Assembly (NCBI GenBank): GCA_028280405.1
Contig: JANQLW010000025.1
Span: forward strand, 5,905 to 69,904
Origin: Bacteroidales bacterium
GTDB lineage: Bacteria > Bacteroidota > Bacteroidia > Bacteroidales > GCA-2711565
Length of the DNA: 64,000 bases
Direction: 5' to 3'
Each line of letters starts with the position of its first letter. Position 1 is the first letter of the stretch. The notes beneath the pieces are model-generated. The model ran no database searches. It was not told the DNA's origin and saw only the letters and a program-made list of their open reading frames with translations. Made by a program: the position numbers and the translations under genes. This document shows positions 1 through 9,792 of this stretch, in pieces.

Positions 1-133
1 CTCCTTGAATTTTAAAATTAAAGTCGATTTCACCATCTAAAGGAGTGATCTTTCCTTCTATATTATAAAGTGTTTTTGCTATGGATGTTGCCTCTGCAAT
101 GCTGATTTGTATTGATTTGTATTCTTGTGACAT
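1..133 (-). CDS. 5' end of a CDS that runs off the left window edge (product unknown)
   Basis: Minus-strand ATG at ~131-133. Reading downward gives MSQEYKSIQISIAEATSIAKTLYNIEGKITPLDGEIDFNFKIQG..., open to position 1. Absent from the ORF track because it is truncated. Confidence 0.45.
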   Translation of the reverse strand, partial: MSQEYKSIQISIAEATSIAKTLYNIEGKITPLDGEIDFNFKIQG

Positions 134-153
134 CTTGGTTGTTTAATGGTAAA

Positions 154-262
154 GGTTGCTGGTTGCTAGTTACTAGTTACTAGTTACTAGTTACTGGTTG
201 CTGGTTGCTAGTTGCTAGTTGCTAGTTGTTTACATTCAGCCAACAGCCAACAAACAGCCAGC
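154..262. repeat. Heptanucleotide tandem array (GGTTGCT/AGTTACT/AGTTGCT, 12 units, then CAGCCAA-type units)
   Basis: Read directly: ggttgct x2, agttact x4, ggttgct x2, agttgct x3, agttgtt (154-237), then cagccaa cagccaa caaacagccagc. Lies between the stop of 264..1820 and the start codon at ~133. Confidence 0.9.
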
Positions 263-263
263 T

Positions 264-1820
264 TTATTTTTTTTCAGCACGAGGCTTAGGTGTTTTATAT
301 GGCTTACGAGGAAGTTTATCATCACGCATTGCAGCATGATAGACAAAGCTTGCGATAACAATGGCATTATGCTTTAAGTCTGCCATTATTAATCTTTCAT
401 AGGTATCCATATTGGTATGATAGCTTCTGCGGTATTCAATGGGGTCCTGAATGAATTGGAATGCCGGGAGCCCCAGCGGATCAAATGCCTGATGATCGGT
501 ACCGCCGGTATTTCTGATCGTAAGTGTTTTCATCCCCATTGAGTGGAATGGTTTCATCCATTCTTCAAATATGGGCCTTACTTTTTCATTTCCCTGCATA
601 TAAACACCGCGAAATTTTCCGGTTCCATTATCCATATTAAAATAGACTGAGAAATTATTAAATCCTTTTTTAAGCTTAAAATTTTTGGGGTCGCGAATGT
701 ATTTATCAACATAACCTCTTGAGCCGTGCAAACCTTGTTCTTCTCCTCCCCATAAGGCAATTTGAATTGTCCTTCTTGGTTTAACCTTCAGGGCTTTAAG
801 AATTCTCATCACTTCCATCATCACAATACATCCGGATGCATTATCTGCTGCTCCCGTTCCTCCATGCCAACAGTCCCAATGCCCTCCAATCAAAACAATT
901 TCATCTTTTAATTCGGGATCAGTTCCAGGAATCTCTCCCATGACATTTGTTATATCCGGGCTTTTTATAAACTTGTTTTTGATGTCTACTTCCAATACAA
1001 CTTTTACCTTGTGTTTTATAAGCCGTTGTATTCTTCCATGTGCCTCCAATGGCAGGTTAACTTCAGGGATTGGTTCGGGATCACCACTTTTGTACCTCAC
1101 ACTTCCTGAACCCGTAACATTGAATTTACCCCTGCTATGTAAAATAACAGCAGCACCTTCATCTTTTAAAAATTTTACTGCCTTTTGCCTGAGTGCTATT
1201 TGTTTTCTATAATCTGCATAGTTGAAATTTCCCCATCTGCCTCTACGGCCATAAACCCTTTCACCTTGAATTTCTTCCAGTTCTTTATCAGTCATTCTGG
1301 TGGCAAGAGGTTCAAAACTTGGCTCATAAGCTGAAGTGCTTGGCATGATGACAATTTTGCCATTCAGCTTTCCTTTATATTTTTCAAAGTCTTTTTCTTC
1401 TTTAATGTCAAATAAAACGGCTTCTCCTTTGATTTCACCATTAGTTGAGCCTGACCATGCAGCCGGTGTAGCAGAAAAGTTGGCATAATAAGGTTCAGCC
1501 ATGGCTACATAAGTGCGTTTATTATCCCAGCCACCCCTCTTGAATTTTCTAATTTTTTCGATCTTAACATTTTTCAGGCCCATTTCAATCATTTTATTTT
1601 TGACCCATTCGTTCGCCTTTAGTTTTCCTTGTGAGGCGGTGAGCCGCGGGCCCACAAAATCTGTCATCCAAAATGAGAGCTCTTCAATATTTGAATTGTT
1701 CTTTCCTTCCTGTTTGATCTTGTAAACCATATCCAGGTCCGGCTTCTTTGTCTGAGCCGAAAGGAACAATGGAATTAAAAATAATACCAATGAGATGAGG
1801 GGTAAACGGTATGTATTCAT
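264..1820 (-). CDS. Secreted M28-family metallopeptidase (aminopeptidase-like, PA-domain type)
   Basis: 518 aa. Signal peptide LISLVLFLIPLFLSAQ. M28 zinc-site motifs HWDCWHGGTGAADNASG and GGEEQGLHGS, late SYHTNMDT. Confidence 0.9.
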   Translation of the reverse strand: MNTYRLPLISLVLFLIPLFLSAQTKKPDLDMVYKIKQEGKNNSNIEELSFWMTDFVGPRLTASQGKLKANEWVKNKMIEMGLKNVKIEKIRKFKRGGWDNKRTYVAMAEPYYANFSATPAAWSGSTNGEIKGEAVLFDIKEEKDFEKYKGKLNGKIVIMPSTSAYEPSFEPLATRMTDKELEEIQGERVYGRRGRWGNFNYADYRKQIALRQKAVKFLKDEGAAVILHSRGKFNVTGSGSVRYKSGDPEPIPEVNLPLEAHGRIQRLIKHKVKVVLEVDIKNKFIKSPDITNVMGEIPGTDPELKDEIVLIGGHWDCWHGGTGAADNASGCIVMMEVMRILKALKVKPRRTIQIALWGGEEQGLHGSRGYVDKYIRDPKNFKLKKGFNNFSVYFNMDNGTGKFRGVYMQGNEKVRPIFEEWMKPFHSMGMKTLTIRNTGGTDHQAFDPLGLPAFQFIQDPIEYRRSYHTNMDTYERLIMADLKHNAIVIASFVYHAAMRDDKLPRKPYKTPKPRAEKK

Positions 1821-2157
1821 AGTTGTAAATATTAGGTTTATTCAAAACTACTGAATAATAATCTAGTACAAAAAAACTTAAATATCTTCTAGATGAATAC
1901 CAATAATTTAGCGACGAAAATCTGAATAAACACAAATGTATTTAAATCTATTATTATTTTTAGAAAAAGTAAATAAACTATTTTTTTATTAATGATTTTA
2001 CCAAGATATTCATTTTTAATCCTTCAATAAAATTTATTCACGATTTTAAAAAAGTGAAAAATACAAGCTTATTGTAAACATGAGTTCCTGATCGTTAAGA
2101 TGAGGCGAAGCCGGATAGAATGTAATGTTAATATCAGAATTTTTATTTTTAACTGCT

Positions 2158-3900
2158 TTAATTTTCTAGATTAGAATTGCTTTTTCTGAAAAAATATCGG
2201 TCCCCAGGATTTTGTGCAACAAACAAGGATATATCGGGGTCTAATTTTTTTATTGTTTCCGATAATTTGTTGAAATCATTTGCATGATTCAGATTAGCTC
2301 TTGGTACTACAAGCATGGGTTTTAGTTGTTGAACGATTTTTTTAAACCGTTCTTCTTGATTTTTTGTATAATGATGAATTATGAAATCACAGTGAATGTT
2401 TTTGGATTTGAGAAAGTTGATTTGGCCCTGAGAATCTATTTCATTTTGTGTAAGAAAACCTGAGTAATAAAAACTCAGTTCATCTGTTTGAATCAGATAG
2501 CCTAAGGAGCCCATTCCATATTCATCAATTGTTTCAAAGGCATAAATCTTAAGCTTTTCCTGAATAATTGAGTCCTGACCTAAAAGATAAATGGTATTTT
2601 GTCCTCCTCTCCACTGATCCCGCTTATAATGGATCAATTGAAAATTAGAAAGTTTTCCTTCCATTTTGTGAATACTTTCCTGATCTGTTCCGGTTCCATG
2701 ATAGGTTGAATATAAAGCAACCTTATTCAATCCACTCATCTCTTCCTGATTAAGAAATCCATTTGCTATCCTTGGTTGATCAGCCGGACGCCCTCTGTTC
2801 TCATTATCAAAAATGAAGAAATGATGCCGGGTTTTTATGGCCCAGCCCCTGTTTTGCAGTGCCCAAATCAATGCTTGGCCAGGCTTCAAGTCTGTATTAA
2901 TATCGTAATTATAAGTGTTAGGGATGTTACGGTTTGAATTCATTTTTGTGTAAAGTTCCAGGCCGGTTTTAATATGCCCATAATACCTGGCATAATCAAA
3001 AGCCGTTTTTGATCGACCGTCTTTAAGACATGGATCTATACCCGATCTTAAATATAGTTTTACTAAATCAGTATAACCTTTTATTGCGGCCAAATGAAGT
3101 AAGCTTTGTTTGTTTTTATTTGTCTGGCAAATAAGTGCAGGATATTGTTGAAGTATTTTACGTGCTGTTTTAAAATAGCCCTGTCGTGTTACTAATTCAA
3201 TTAGTGATTGACCATTAGGTAGTTTTAGATTTGTTTGTGCACCGGCATTGATTAATATTTCTGAAATCATTTCTTTAGAATCATTACCTGAACTTATCGC
3301 ATAATATAAAGGAAAATTTCCTTTTGGATCCTTTTGGTTTACATCGGCTCCATTTTTTATCAGCAATTTCGTACTTTCATAGAAACCTCTCAGACAAGCA
3401 ATATTTAGTGCTTGCCCGATCCGGCTTGATGCCGATATATCTGCTTTAGCATCAAGCAATAATTTGATTATCTCTGTGCGATTGAAAAAAGTGGCGCGAT
3501 GTAAAGGTGTTCCAAAAACTGGGCTTTGAATATTTATATTTGCACCATGAGTAATCAAGAGCTGTACTATTGTTGCATTCGTGTTTTCTGCTGCAAAATG
3601 TAAAGCTGATCGTCCGTATTTGTCTTGTAGATTGGGGTCTGCATTTAACTTAAGCAAATATTTTACAGCCTCTATACCCTGTTTAGTAACTGCTAACATG
3701 AGTATTGAAGTCCCGGTGGATGAAGTAACATTGATCTGAGATGGATCACTTTGTAAGACTTTAATAGCTCCTTCAATATCTTTATGGCTTAATATTTCTT
3801 TAATATCCTGTGCAGAAAGTTTTATTCCCAGAATAATGAATAAGAGACTGATAATTAATCGTAACTTTTTTCGTTTTGGTAAACTAATTGGAGTATTCAT
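2158..3900 (-). CDS. Secreted ankyrin-repeat protein with an unassigned ~250-aa C-terminal domain
   Basis: 580 aa. Signal peptide. About 8 ANK-type repeats (e.g. GRSALHFAAENTNATIVQLLITHGANIN, KQSLLHLAAIKGYTDLVKLYLRSGIDP). The C-terminal half is not recognisable by eye. Confidence 0.85.
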   Translation of the reverse strand: MNTPISLPKRKKLRLIISLLFIILGIKLSAQDIKEILSHKDIEGAIKVLQSDPSQINVTSSTGTSILMLAVTKQGIEAVKYLLKLNADPNLQDKYGRSALHFAAENTNATIVQLLITHGANINIQSPVFGTPLHRATFFNRTEIIKLLLDAKADISASSRIGQALNIACLRGFYESTKLLIKNGADVNQKDPKGNFPLYYAISSGNDSKEMISEILINAGAQTNLKLPNGQSLIELVTRQGYFKTARKILQQYPALICQTNKNKQSLLHLAAIKGYTDLVKLYLRSGIDPCLKDGRSKTAFDYARYYGHIKTGLELYTKMNSNRNIPNTYNYDINTDLKPGQALIWALQNRGWAIKTRHHFFIFDNENRGRPADQPRIANGFLNQEEMSGLNKVALYSTYHGTGTDQESIHKMEGKLSNFQLIHYKRDQWRGGQNTIYLLGQDSIIQEKLKIYAFETIDEYGMGSLGYLIQTDELSFYYSGFLTQNEIDSQGQINFLKSKNIHCDFIIHHYTKNQEERFKKIVQQLKPMLVVPRANLNHANDFNKLSETIKKLDPDISLFVAQNPGDRYFFRKSNSNLEN

Positions 3901-4108
3901 ATTTTTATAATTTTATTGTAAAACGATAAAGAAAATCGTTTGTAACAAGAAAAACAAATCAATTCAATGTGTTGATAAAAACTCTCTTCAAATTATAAAA
4001 ACTGGTTTTGTAGTATAAAAATCCTATATCATTGATGGTTTTAACCGTTTGGTTGAAATGCCAACCACAAATGACCGATAATTTAAAGCTTTTAGTTATT
4101 TTAGAAGA

Positions 4109-5119
4109 ATGACCTTTAAAAGAATAAAAATACTAGCTCCTTTTTTTTATGCATCTTTTGAGCTTTTTTTGCATATCCTCAGAATACTTCCAAGTATTGA
4201 AAGTGGGGCATTTAAGGGGGCTTTACGTACGATTGCTATTACTTATCCTTTGGATTTAACTGTTTTTTTAGTGTTCTATTTCTGTTTCTCTACAGATTAT
4301 CTTAAGAAAACTAAATTACCCAGAACGATTGTTCTCAGTATATTGGCCATTTTATTCTTTGGGTTTTCCTGGGTTATTTTGTATGATTGGACTGGGAGGA
4401 TAAAGATGGCAGAAGATATAAAATTAATTTTTGCAGGGAGTCTGGGACATGTTCTTTTAAATGCTTTTTATGGTACTATTTTCAGAATTGCCATTGAGTG
4501 GTTTGAAAAACAGCAACAAAAGCGTGAGCTGGAAGCACAAAATGTAAGAACAGAATTAAGCCTCCTTCGAGCCCGGATCAATCCGCATTTTTTATTCAAT
4601 GTATTAAATAATATAAACTCTTTTGCTCAAAAAAAATCTGATAAAACTTCCTATGCTATTATTAAGCTTTCGGAAATTATGCGTTATATGCTTTATGATG
4701 TAAAAGATGAACAAATTCTATTGGATAAAGAAATAGCATATATTCAGAATTACTTAGAATTACAAAAATTAAGATATCAAAATGTAGAATTTGTCCGATT
4801 CAATATTACAGGAGGAACTTCTCATGTGATGGTGCCTCCTTTGTTATTTATGCCTTTTATCGAGAATGCATTTAAACATGGTAGAAAACAGGTAAAGGAT
4901 AGTATACGGATCGTTTTTGAAGTTCAAAACAATTTCATCAATTTTACATGTACAAACTTTAAGAGAATCCTTAATTCAACGGAAGAAATATATTCGAGTG
5001 GTTTGGGTTTACCGAATATTAAACGCAGGCTAGATCTGCTTTTTGGAAATAATTACCAACTAAATATTCATGAAGATGAAAATGAGTATTTTGTTGCATT
5101 GAAAATACAAGCATTATGA
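4109..5119 (+). CDS. LytS/YehU-type membrane sensor histidine kinase
   Basis: 336 aa. N-terminal TM helices. His_kinase motif INPHFLFNVLNNI. C-terminal ATPase motifs (FIENAFKHG, SGLGLPNIKRRL). Overlaps the downstream response regulator by 4 nt. Confidence 0.9.
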   Translation: MTFKRIKILAPFFYASFELFLHILRILPSIESGAFKGALRTIAITYPLDLTVFLVFYFCFSTDYLKKTKLPRTIVLSILAILFFGFSWVILYDWTGRIKMAEDIKLIFAGSLGHVLLNAFYGTIFRIAIEWFEKQQQKRELEAQNVRTELSLLRARINPHFLFNVLNNINSFAQKKSDKTSYAIIKLSEIMRYMLYDVKDEQILLDKEIAYIQNYLELQKLRYQNVEFVRFNITGGTSHVMVPPLLFMPFIENAFKHGRKQVKDSIRIVFEVQNNFINFTCTNFKRILNSTEEIYSSGLGLPNIKRRLDLLFGNNYQLNIHEDENEYFVALKIQAL

Positions 5120-5838
5120 AAATTAATTGTATTGTTATTGATGATGAGTTACCGGCTATTGAGCAAATGAAGGATTATATTGCCAAGGTATCTTTTTTAA
5201 ATTTGATCGGAACGTTTAATAATGCAATAGCCCCCCTGGAATTCATCAAATCGGAAAAAGTTGATTTGATTTTTTTGGATATTGAAATGGAAGATTTTAA
5301 TGGACTACAATTCATAAAAGTTCTTTCCAATAAACCTAAAATTATTTTAACAACTGCTTACGATTCCTATGCTGTTGAGGCTTTTAATCTTAATGTTTCT
5401 GACTATCTGCTAAAACCTATTTCTTTTGAACGTTTTTTGCAATCTATTGATAAGGTATACGAGCTTTTTAGAGAGAAAATTAATAACTTGAAATATAAAA
5501 ATGTGTATAAACGAGATTACTTTTTTGTAAAAACGGAATACCGAATGCAACGTGTTGACTTCAAGGATATTTTATTTATTGAAGGGATGAAAGAATATTT
5601 ATGTATTCATACAAAAAATAAAAGAATTGTGACTCTGAGTACATTTGCCAATCTTGAACGAGAGTTTCCTGAGAATGACTTTATACGGGTTCATAAATCA
5701 TTTATTGTAGCAGTGAGTAAAATCGATAAAGTTGAGCATAATCAAGTTTTTATTGGAGACCATGTGATTCCGGTTAGTGCTACTTATAAAGCTGGTTTTA
5801 TAATGTATATCGATATATTTAATTCTTGCAAAAAATAA
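5116..5838 (+). CDS. LytR/AlgR-family response regulator (REC + LytTR)
   Basis: 240 aa. Receiver motifs (CIVIDDE, DLIFLDIEM, LLKP). LytTR C-terminus (FIRVHKSFIVAVSKI). Confidence 0.9.
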   Translation: MKINCIVIDDELPAIEQMKDYIAKVSFLNLIGTFNNAIAPLEFIKSEKVDLIFLDIEMEDFNGLQFIKVLSNKPKIILTTAYDSYAVEAFNLNVSDYLLKPISFERFLQSIDKVYELFREKINNLKYKNVYKRDYFFVKTEYRMQRVDFKDILFIEGMKEYLCIHTKNKRIVTLSTFANLEREFPENDFIRVHKSFIVAVSKIDKVEHNQVFIGDHVIPVSATYKAGFIMYIDIFNSCKK

Positions 5839-6121
5839 GCAAATCTTCTAAAGAATTAATTTGATCTGATGGCTTATCATTGAGCATTAAAAACTTAGAT
5901 GTGTTATAAGTGATAATGATTTAGCTACGTACGAATTAATTTATTGTATAAGAAAAATGATGTAGAAAACAGCACCCGATTTTTTTTATTAATTCTGGTA
6001 TAACTTTTGTAATTACTTGAGTATTGTTAGCTTAATCATTTTCTGTCATCTTAATTAAATGGTTATGCGATTTGTTGGTAAAGCTGTTGGTTATCAAATA
6101 CAAATTGTAAACATTTAATCT

Positions 6122-7297
6122 ATGAGACTTTCTTGTTGCAGTTTACTGGCTATATTAATCGTATTAGGACATTCTTGTAAAAATAAAGTTGAAGATGTTG
6201 ACATTCCGGAAATTTCTCCTGAATATTTTATTGATAAAACTTTTGTTCTATCTCAATTTACAGAGGATATCAGTTATATCCGGTTAGATTCTATTTTTCA
6301 AATTAAAAAAACTCCAGTAATACGTAGACTTGGAGATAAACTTTTAATATATACTGAGGAAGAAGGATGTATGATGTATGATATGCAGGGAAATTATATG
6401 CATCATATTGCAAAAAGGGGAGGAGGACCAGGAGAATTTAGAAATGGAAGACGGGTTAAAGTGGATGCTGTTAGAAGGCATATTTATATTAATGATTTTC
6501 ATAAAACCATCGTTAAAGATTATAAAGGAAACCTGATTAGGGAAATAAAAAAGAGAGAGGGGAAATTTAATTCTACGAATATGCAAGTAATTCATGAAAA
6601 TAATAATATAAAACTGGTATTTGGTGGCTATTTAATAGATGACCATAAGTGGATAATTACTGATTCTGTCGGAAATATTGAATATATAGAAAAGCAAGTC
6701 AGTATGTCAAAAGAAAAATTTGGCCGTTTTTTTTGTGAGGTTTCTTATAATTATGATGGAAAATTTCATTACTGGAACGAATTAAATGATACTATATATT
6801 GTTTGGAAGGTAAGGAGTATATCGCAAAGTATTTGTTCAAAAAGGATAAGTACCGGTTTACTGGAGAAAATATTAACGTATTAAAATCAGGGAAGAAAAG
6901 TAAAGCTCTAATGCGTATGCATGCTGTATATGAGACTGATCAGTATTTAATTTTAACCTATAAAATGGATTTTAAATTCAGGCTTTGTATTTATGATAAA
7001 TCAATGAGAAAATTCTATAATAATGATTATAGCAATAATAATAGGCATTATCTGTATTTACTAAATGATATTGACGGAGGTGTTCCATTCCTTCTTTCTA
7101 ATTATCATGTAAATAATGGAAATGAATATTTTGCTGCCTCTATTGATGCTTTTTCCCTTAAAGAACATGTAAATAGTAAAGAGTTTGAGAAATTTGATCC
7201 TAGATATCCTGAAAAGAAAAAAGAATTAAAAAAACTGGCAGAGTCTTTGGAAGAGACTGATAATCCGGTGATCATGCTGGTAAAACTTAAGCAATAA
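6122..7297 (+). CDS. Hypothetical lipoprotein, possibly a 6-bladed beta-propeller family protein
   Basis: 391 aa. Signal/lipobox-like N-terminus (LAILIVLGHSC). Composition and length resemble Bacteroidota 6-bladed beta-propeller proteins. The product call is from memory only. Confidence 0.6.
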   Translation: MRLSCCSLLAILIVLGHSCKNKVEDVDIPEISPEYFIDKTFVLSQFTEDISYIRLDSIFQIKKTPVIRRLGDKLLIYTEEEGCMMYDMQGNYMHHIAKRGGGPGEFRNGRRVKVDAVRRHIYINDFHKTIVKDYKGNLIREIKKREGKFNSTNMQVIHENNNIKLVFGGYLIDDHKWIITDSVGNIEYIEKQVSMSKEKFGRFFCEVSYNYDGKFHYWNELNDTIYCLEGKEYIAKYLFKKDKYRFTGENINVLKSGKKSKALMRMHAVYETDQYLILTYKMDFKFRLCIYDKSMRKFYNNDYSNNNRHYLYLLNDIDGGVPFLLSNYHVNNGNEYFAASIDAFSLKEHVNSKEFEKFDPRYPEKKKELKKLAESLEETDNPVIMLVKLKQ

Positions 7298-7306
7298 AAA
7301 AATATA

Positions 7307-7376
7307 GGATGGAGGAGAGCTTTGCTTGGCCTCGCTTAGGGGAGTGGTCAAACAAGTTAGAGCTCTCTTTCCATCC
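7307..7376. repeat. Long imperfect inverted repeat (about 15-bp arms) just after the 6122..7297 stop
   Basis: GGATGGAGGAGAGCT (7307-7321) pairs with AGCTCTCTTTCCATCC (7361-7376) with one bulge. GC-rich interior. No clear T-run follows. Confidence 0.6.
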
Positions 7377-7546
7377 ATAATCAAAATATCTATATATGAT
7401 GTTATATTAAATGTAACAAAAAAGAAAGAAGTAACCAAGAAATGAGCTGATTTTAACAGGCCATTAACATTTGTTTATTTCTCCCTTATCCTCTTATCTT
7501 ATTTCATTGAAAAACAAGGATAGAACAATATACTATATTTTTGAAT

Positions 7547-7601
7547 AACAAATTAATATTTGTTGCGACAAATAATTTTTTATATATTTGTCATGACAAA
7601 T
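7547..7601. promoter_or_regulatory. Two adjacent palindromic operator-like sites plus a third half-site sharing the ACAAAT core
   Basis: AACAAAT-TAAT-ATTTGTT (7547-7564). GACAAATA-N10-TATTTGTC (7567-7592). A further GACAAAT at 7595-7601. All lie 35-90 nt upstream of the ATG at 7635. Confidence 0.6.
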
Positions 7602-7634
7602 TAATTGTTTTCAAATTTTAAAAAGGAGGTATTT

Positions 7635-9215
7635 ATGTCTAAATCTCATGAAATAGTTGTAGTTGGCGGAGGCCATAACGGATTGACCGCCGCTGCTTAC
7701 CTGTCTAAAGCAGGGCTTGATGTTGCCGTGGTAGAAAAGAAATCTTACGTTGGTGGAGGAGCTGTAACGCTGGAAGCAAATCTAAAAGGCTTCAAACATG
7801 ATGTTGCATCAGGTGCTCATATTTTTATCCAGGCAAATCCATTGATCCGGGAGGATGAACTGGAGTTGATTTCAAAGTACGGACTTCGTTATATTGGGTT
7901 TGATGATGCTCCGTCTGTGTCGGTTGTTTTTCCTGACGATACTTATATTGCATTGTACCGGGACCTGGATCGAACTTGCGAATCTATCGCAAAATTTTCA
8001 GTTCATGATGCGGAAGCATATCGAAAATTTGCGAAGTGGGCACAGCCTCTCCTGGGAATGTTGATGCAGGGCTTTTTTGCTCCACCAGCACCTTACGGGG
8101 GGTTGTTTGCCCAGCTTGATCAGCAAGGGCAAGGGCAGGATCTTATAAGGGCCTTGCAAATGAGTTCATTGGATATTATTGACGATTGGTTTGAGGATGA
8201 TTGTGTGAAAGCAACGCTTGCACGTTTTGTTTCCGAAGTTATTGTATCACCAGATGATATTGGTACAGGTGCTTTCTTTTTTATTATGGTGCCACTTCTT
8301 CATACTTATGGGATGGCTCTTCCTGTGGGTGGGTCGGGTGCACTTTCTGAGGCATTGAAACGATGTATTGAGGCAAATGGTGGTACGGTTTATCTTGATA
8401 GTGCTGTTGTCGGATTTGAAAAATCAGGTGGCCGTGTAACCGGTGCTAAACTGGAATCGGGAGAAGTAATTGTTGCAAAACGAGGGGTTTTGGCTAATCT
8501 GAATATTAAGCAGATACCGGGATTGCTTGAAGAGGGAGATTTGGATGAAGATTTTTTACGTCGCTTAAAGGGGGTAAAAAGCAGTGTTTTTGTAGGATTG
8601 AACCAAAACCTGTCCTTGCATGAGGCTCCGTTGTACAAAGCGGGTGATGAAGTCAATCGGTCAGGTCTTGTTGAACTTGCAGGTTTCTTGCCTGATATGC
8701 GCCAAACATTTGATGGTTTTAAGTATGGGAAAATGGACGGAAGTATGCCATGTTGTATTGCTGCCACAAAACATGATCCAACACGGGCACCGGAAGGAAA
8801 GCATACGCTTTATGTATTCCAATACAATCCTTTTACTATTGATGGCGGGCCGGAGGGCTGGCAAGATGAAAGGGAAAAAGTTGCACAGACTGTGCTGGAG
8901 AGTATTCGTGCCCGTACAACCAATATGGGAGACGATAATATTTTGGACAATACCATTTGGAGTCCGCTGGATTTTCAAAATTTCAATGACGCGTGGATCA
9001 ATGGTGATCCGTTGCATATGCGTAATATGATGGCACAATTCTTTTCGCACCGTCCGTTTGCCGGTTCGGGCTACTATAAGTTACCCGTTGAGGGCTTATA
9101 TTTATGTGGGCCTTCTACCCATCCTGGTGGTGGTGTTACTGGCGGTGCGCGTGGTGCAGCCATGGTTGTGATGGAAGACTTAGGCCTGGATTTTAATGAA
9201 ATGATGGAGGGTTAA
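7635..9215 (+). CDS. FAD/NAD(P)-dependent oxidoreductase of the phytoene-desaturase (CrtI/CrtD-like) family
   Basis: The ORF track starts at TTG 7605. I prefer ATG 7635, which is preceded by AAAAGGAGG with 5-6 nt spacing. Dinucleotide-binding motif VVVGGGHNGLTAAAYLSKAGLDVAVVEKKSYVGGGA. C-terminal LCGPSTHPGGGVTG. Visibly higher G+C than flanking DNA. Confidence 0.85.
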   Translation: MSKSHEIVVVGGGHNGLTAAAYLSKAGLDVAVVEKKSYVGGGAVTLEANLKGFKHDVASGAHIFIQANPLIREDELELISKYGLRYIGFDDAPSVSVVFPDDTYIALYRDLDRTCESIAKFSVHDAEAYRKFAKWAQPLLGMLMQGFFAPPAPYGGLFAQLDQQGQGQDLIRALQMSSLDIIDDWFEDDCVKATLARFVSEVIVSPDDIGTGAFFFIMVPLLHTYGMALPVGGSGALSEALKRCIEANGGTVYLDSAVVGFEKSGGRVTGAKLESGEVIVAKRGVLANLNIKQIPGLLEEGDLDEDFLRRLKGVKSSVFVGLNQNLSLHEAPLYKAGDEVNRSGLVELAGFLPDMRQTFDGFKYGKMDGSMPCCIAATKHDPTRAPEGKHTLYVFQYNPFTIDGGPEGWQDEREKVAQTVLESIRARTTNMGDDNILDNTIWSPLDFQNFNDAWINGDPLHMRNMMAQFFSHRPFAGSGYYKLPVEGLYLCGPSTHPGGGVTGGARGAAMVVMEDLGLDFNEMMEG

Positions 9216-9216
9216 A

Positions 9217-9792
9217 ATGAAAAATTTTCTTCTCTATTTAAATATCATTCTTAGTTTATGGATTACTGTGGTATCAGGAATTGAAAGCTTTCAAACAAGT
9301 TCAACAGCAACCTTACTTGCAACCGGAACTGGTTTTTTTCTTGTTTTACTACATGGCACATTGTTGTTGTTTAATCGCAAATGGATGTGCCAGTTTGTTT
9401 TGTTTCTGGGCTGTTGCCTTGTAGTCCTCGCTTGGTTTGTTTCTGTAAGCTTGCGTTGGCAATTATTAACAGCAGGGGGATTGCTAACAATTGTAACCTT
9501 TATAGCGATCCGGCTGTTATCTGTTTCCCAAAGCTTCATACTTCATGCTCAGGATGGTTCTACTTTAATGGAAATCAAGAAGCTTGAATTTAAAGGTACT
9601 AACTTAATCATTCGCGGTAAGATGATGGGAACAATGCCAACAGTTGCACACATGAGACCAGAGGAAGTTTGGAAGGCTTTTAGCCTGATTTCGTTACATG
9701 TTTTTCTCCGTTTTCCGGTTTTACTTTTCAGGGCCTGGATGTCAGCAGGAAAGCCTGGAAAGTCATCAAACAGGAAAATACAAACCTATTAA
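9217..9792 (+). CDS. Hypothetical membrane protein
   Basis: 191 aa with about 4 predicted TM helices. Starts 1 nt after the previous stop, with GGAGGG 6 nt upstream. Shares the elevated G+C of the upstream gene. Confidence 0.6.
   Translation: MKNFLLYLNIILSLWITVVSGIESFQTSSTATLLATGTGFFLVLLHGTLLLFNRKWMCQFVLFLGCCLVVLAWFVSVSLRWQLLTAGGLLTIVTFIAIRLLSVSQSFILHAQDGSTLMEIKKLEFKGTNLIIRGKMMGTMPTVAHMRPEEVWKAFSLISLHVFLRFPVLLFRAWMSAGKPGKSSNRKIQTY

Noticed and set aside
154-262. Possible CRISPR array, suggested by regularly spaced repeats here and at 14693-14776.
   Set aside because: The period is 7 nt with no unique spacers, and no cas genes are in the window. These are microsatellite-type tandem repeats.
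578-1935. Track ORFs 578..760(-), 940..1212(+), 1513..1725(+), 1684..1935(-) inside or overlapping the M28 peptidase gene.
   Set aside because: They are shadow or antisense ORFs with low-complexity, Leu/Ser/Phe-rich translations. The 518-aa frame carries clear M28 motifs. The same reasoning applies to the other short antisense ORFs inside long genes, such as 8390..8767, 8620..9030, 8661..9050, 15556..15880, 20718..21050, 33035..33235, 36484..36816, 47822..48079, 50539..51021 and 57701..58327.
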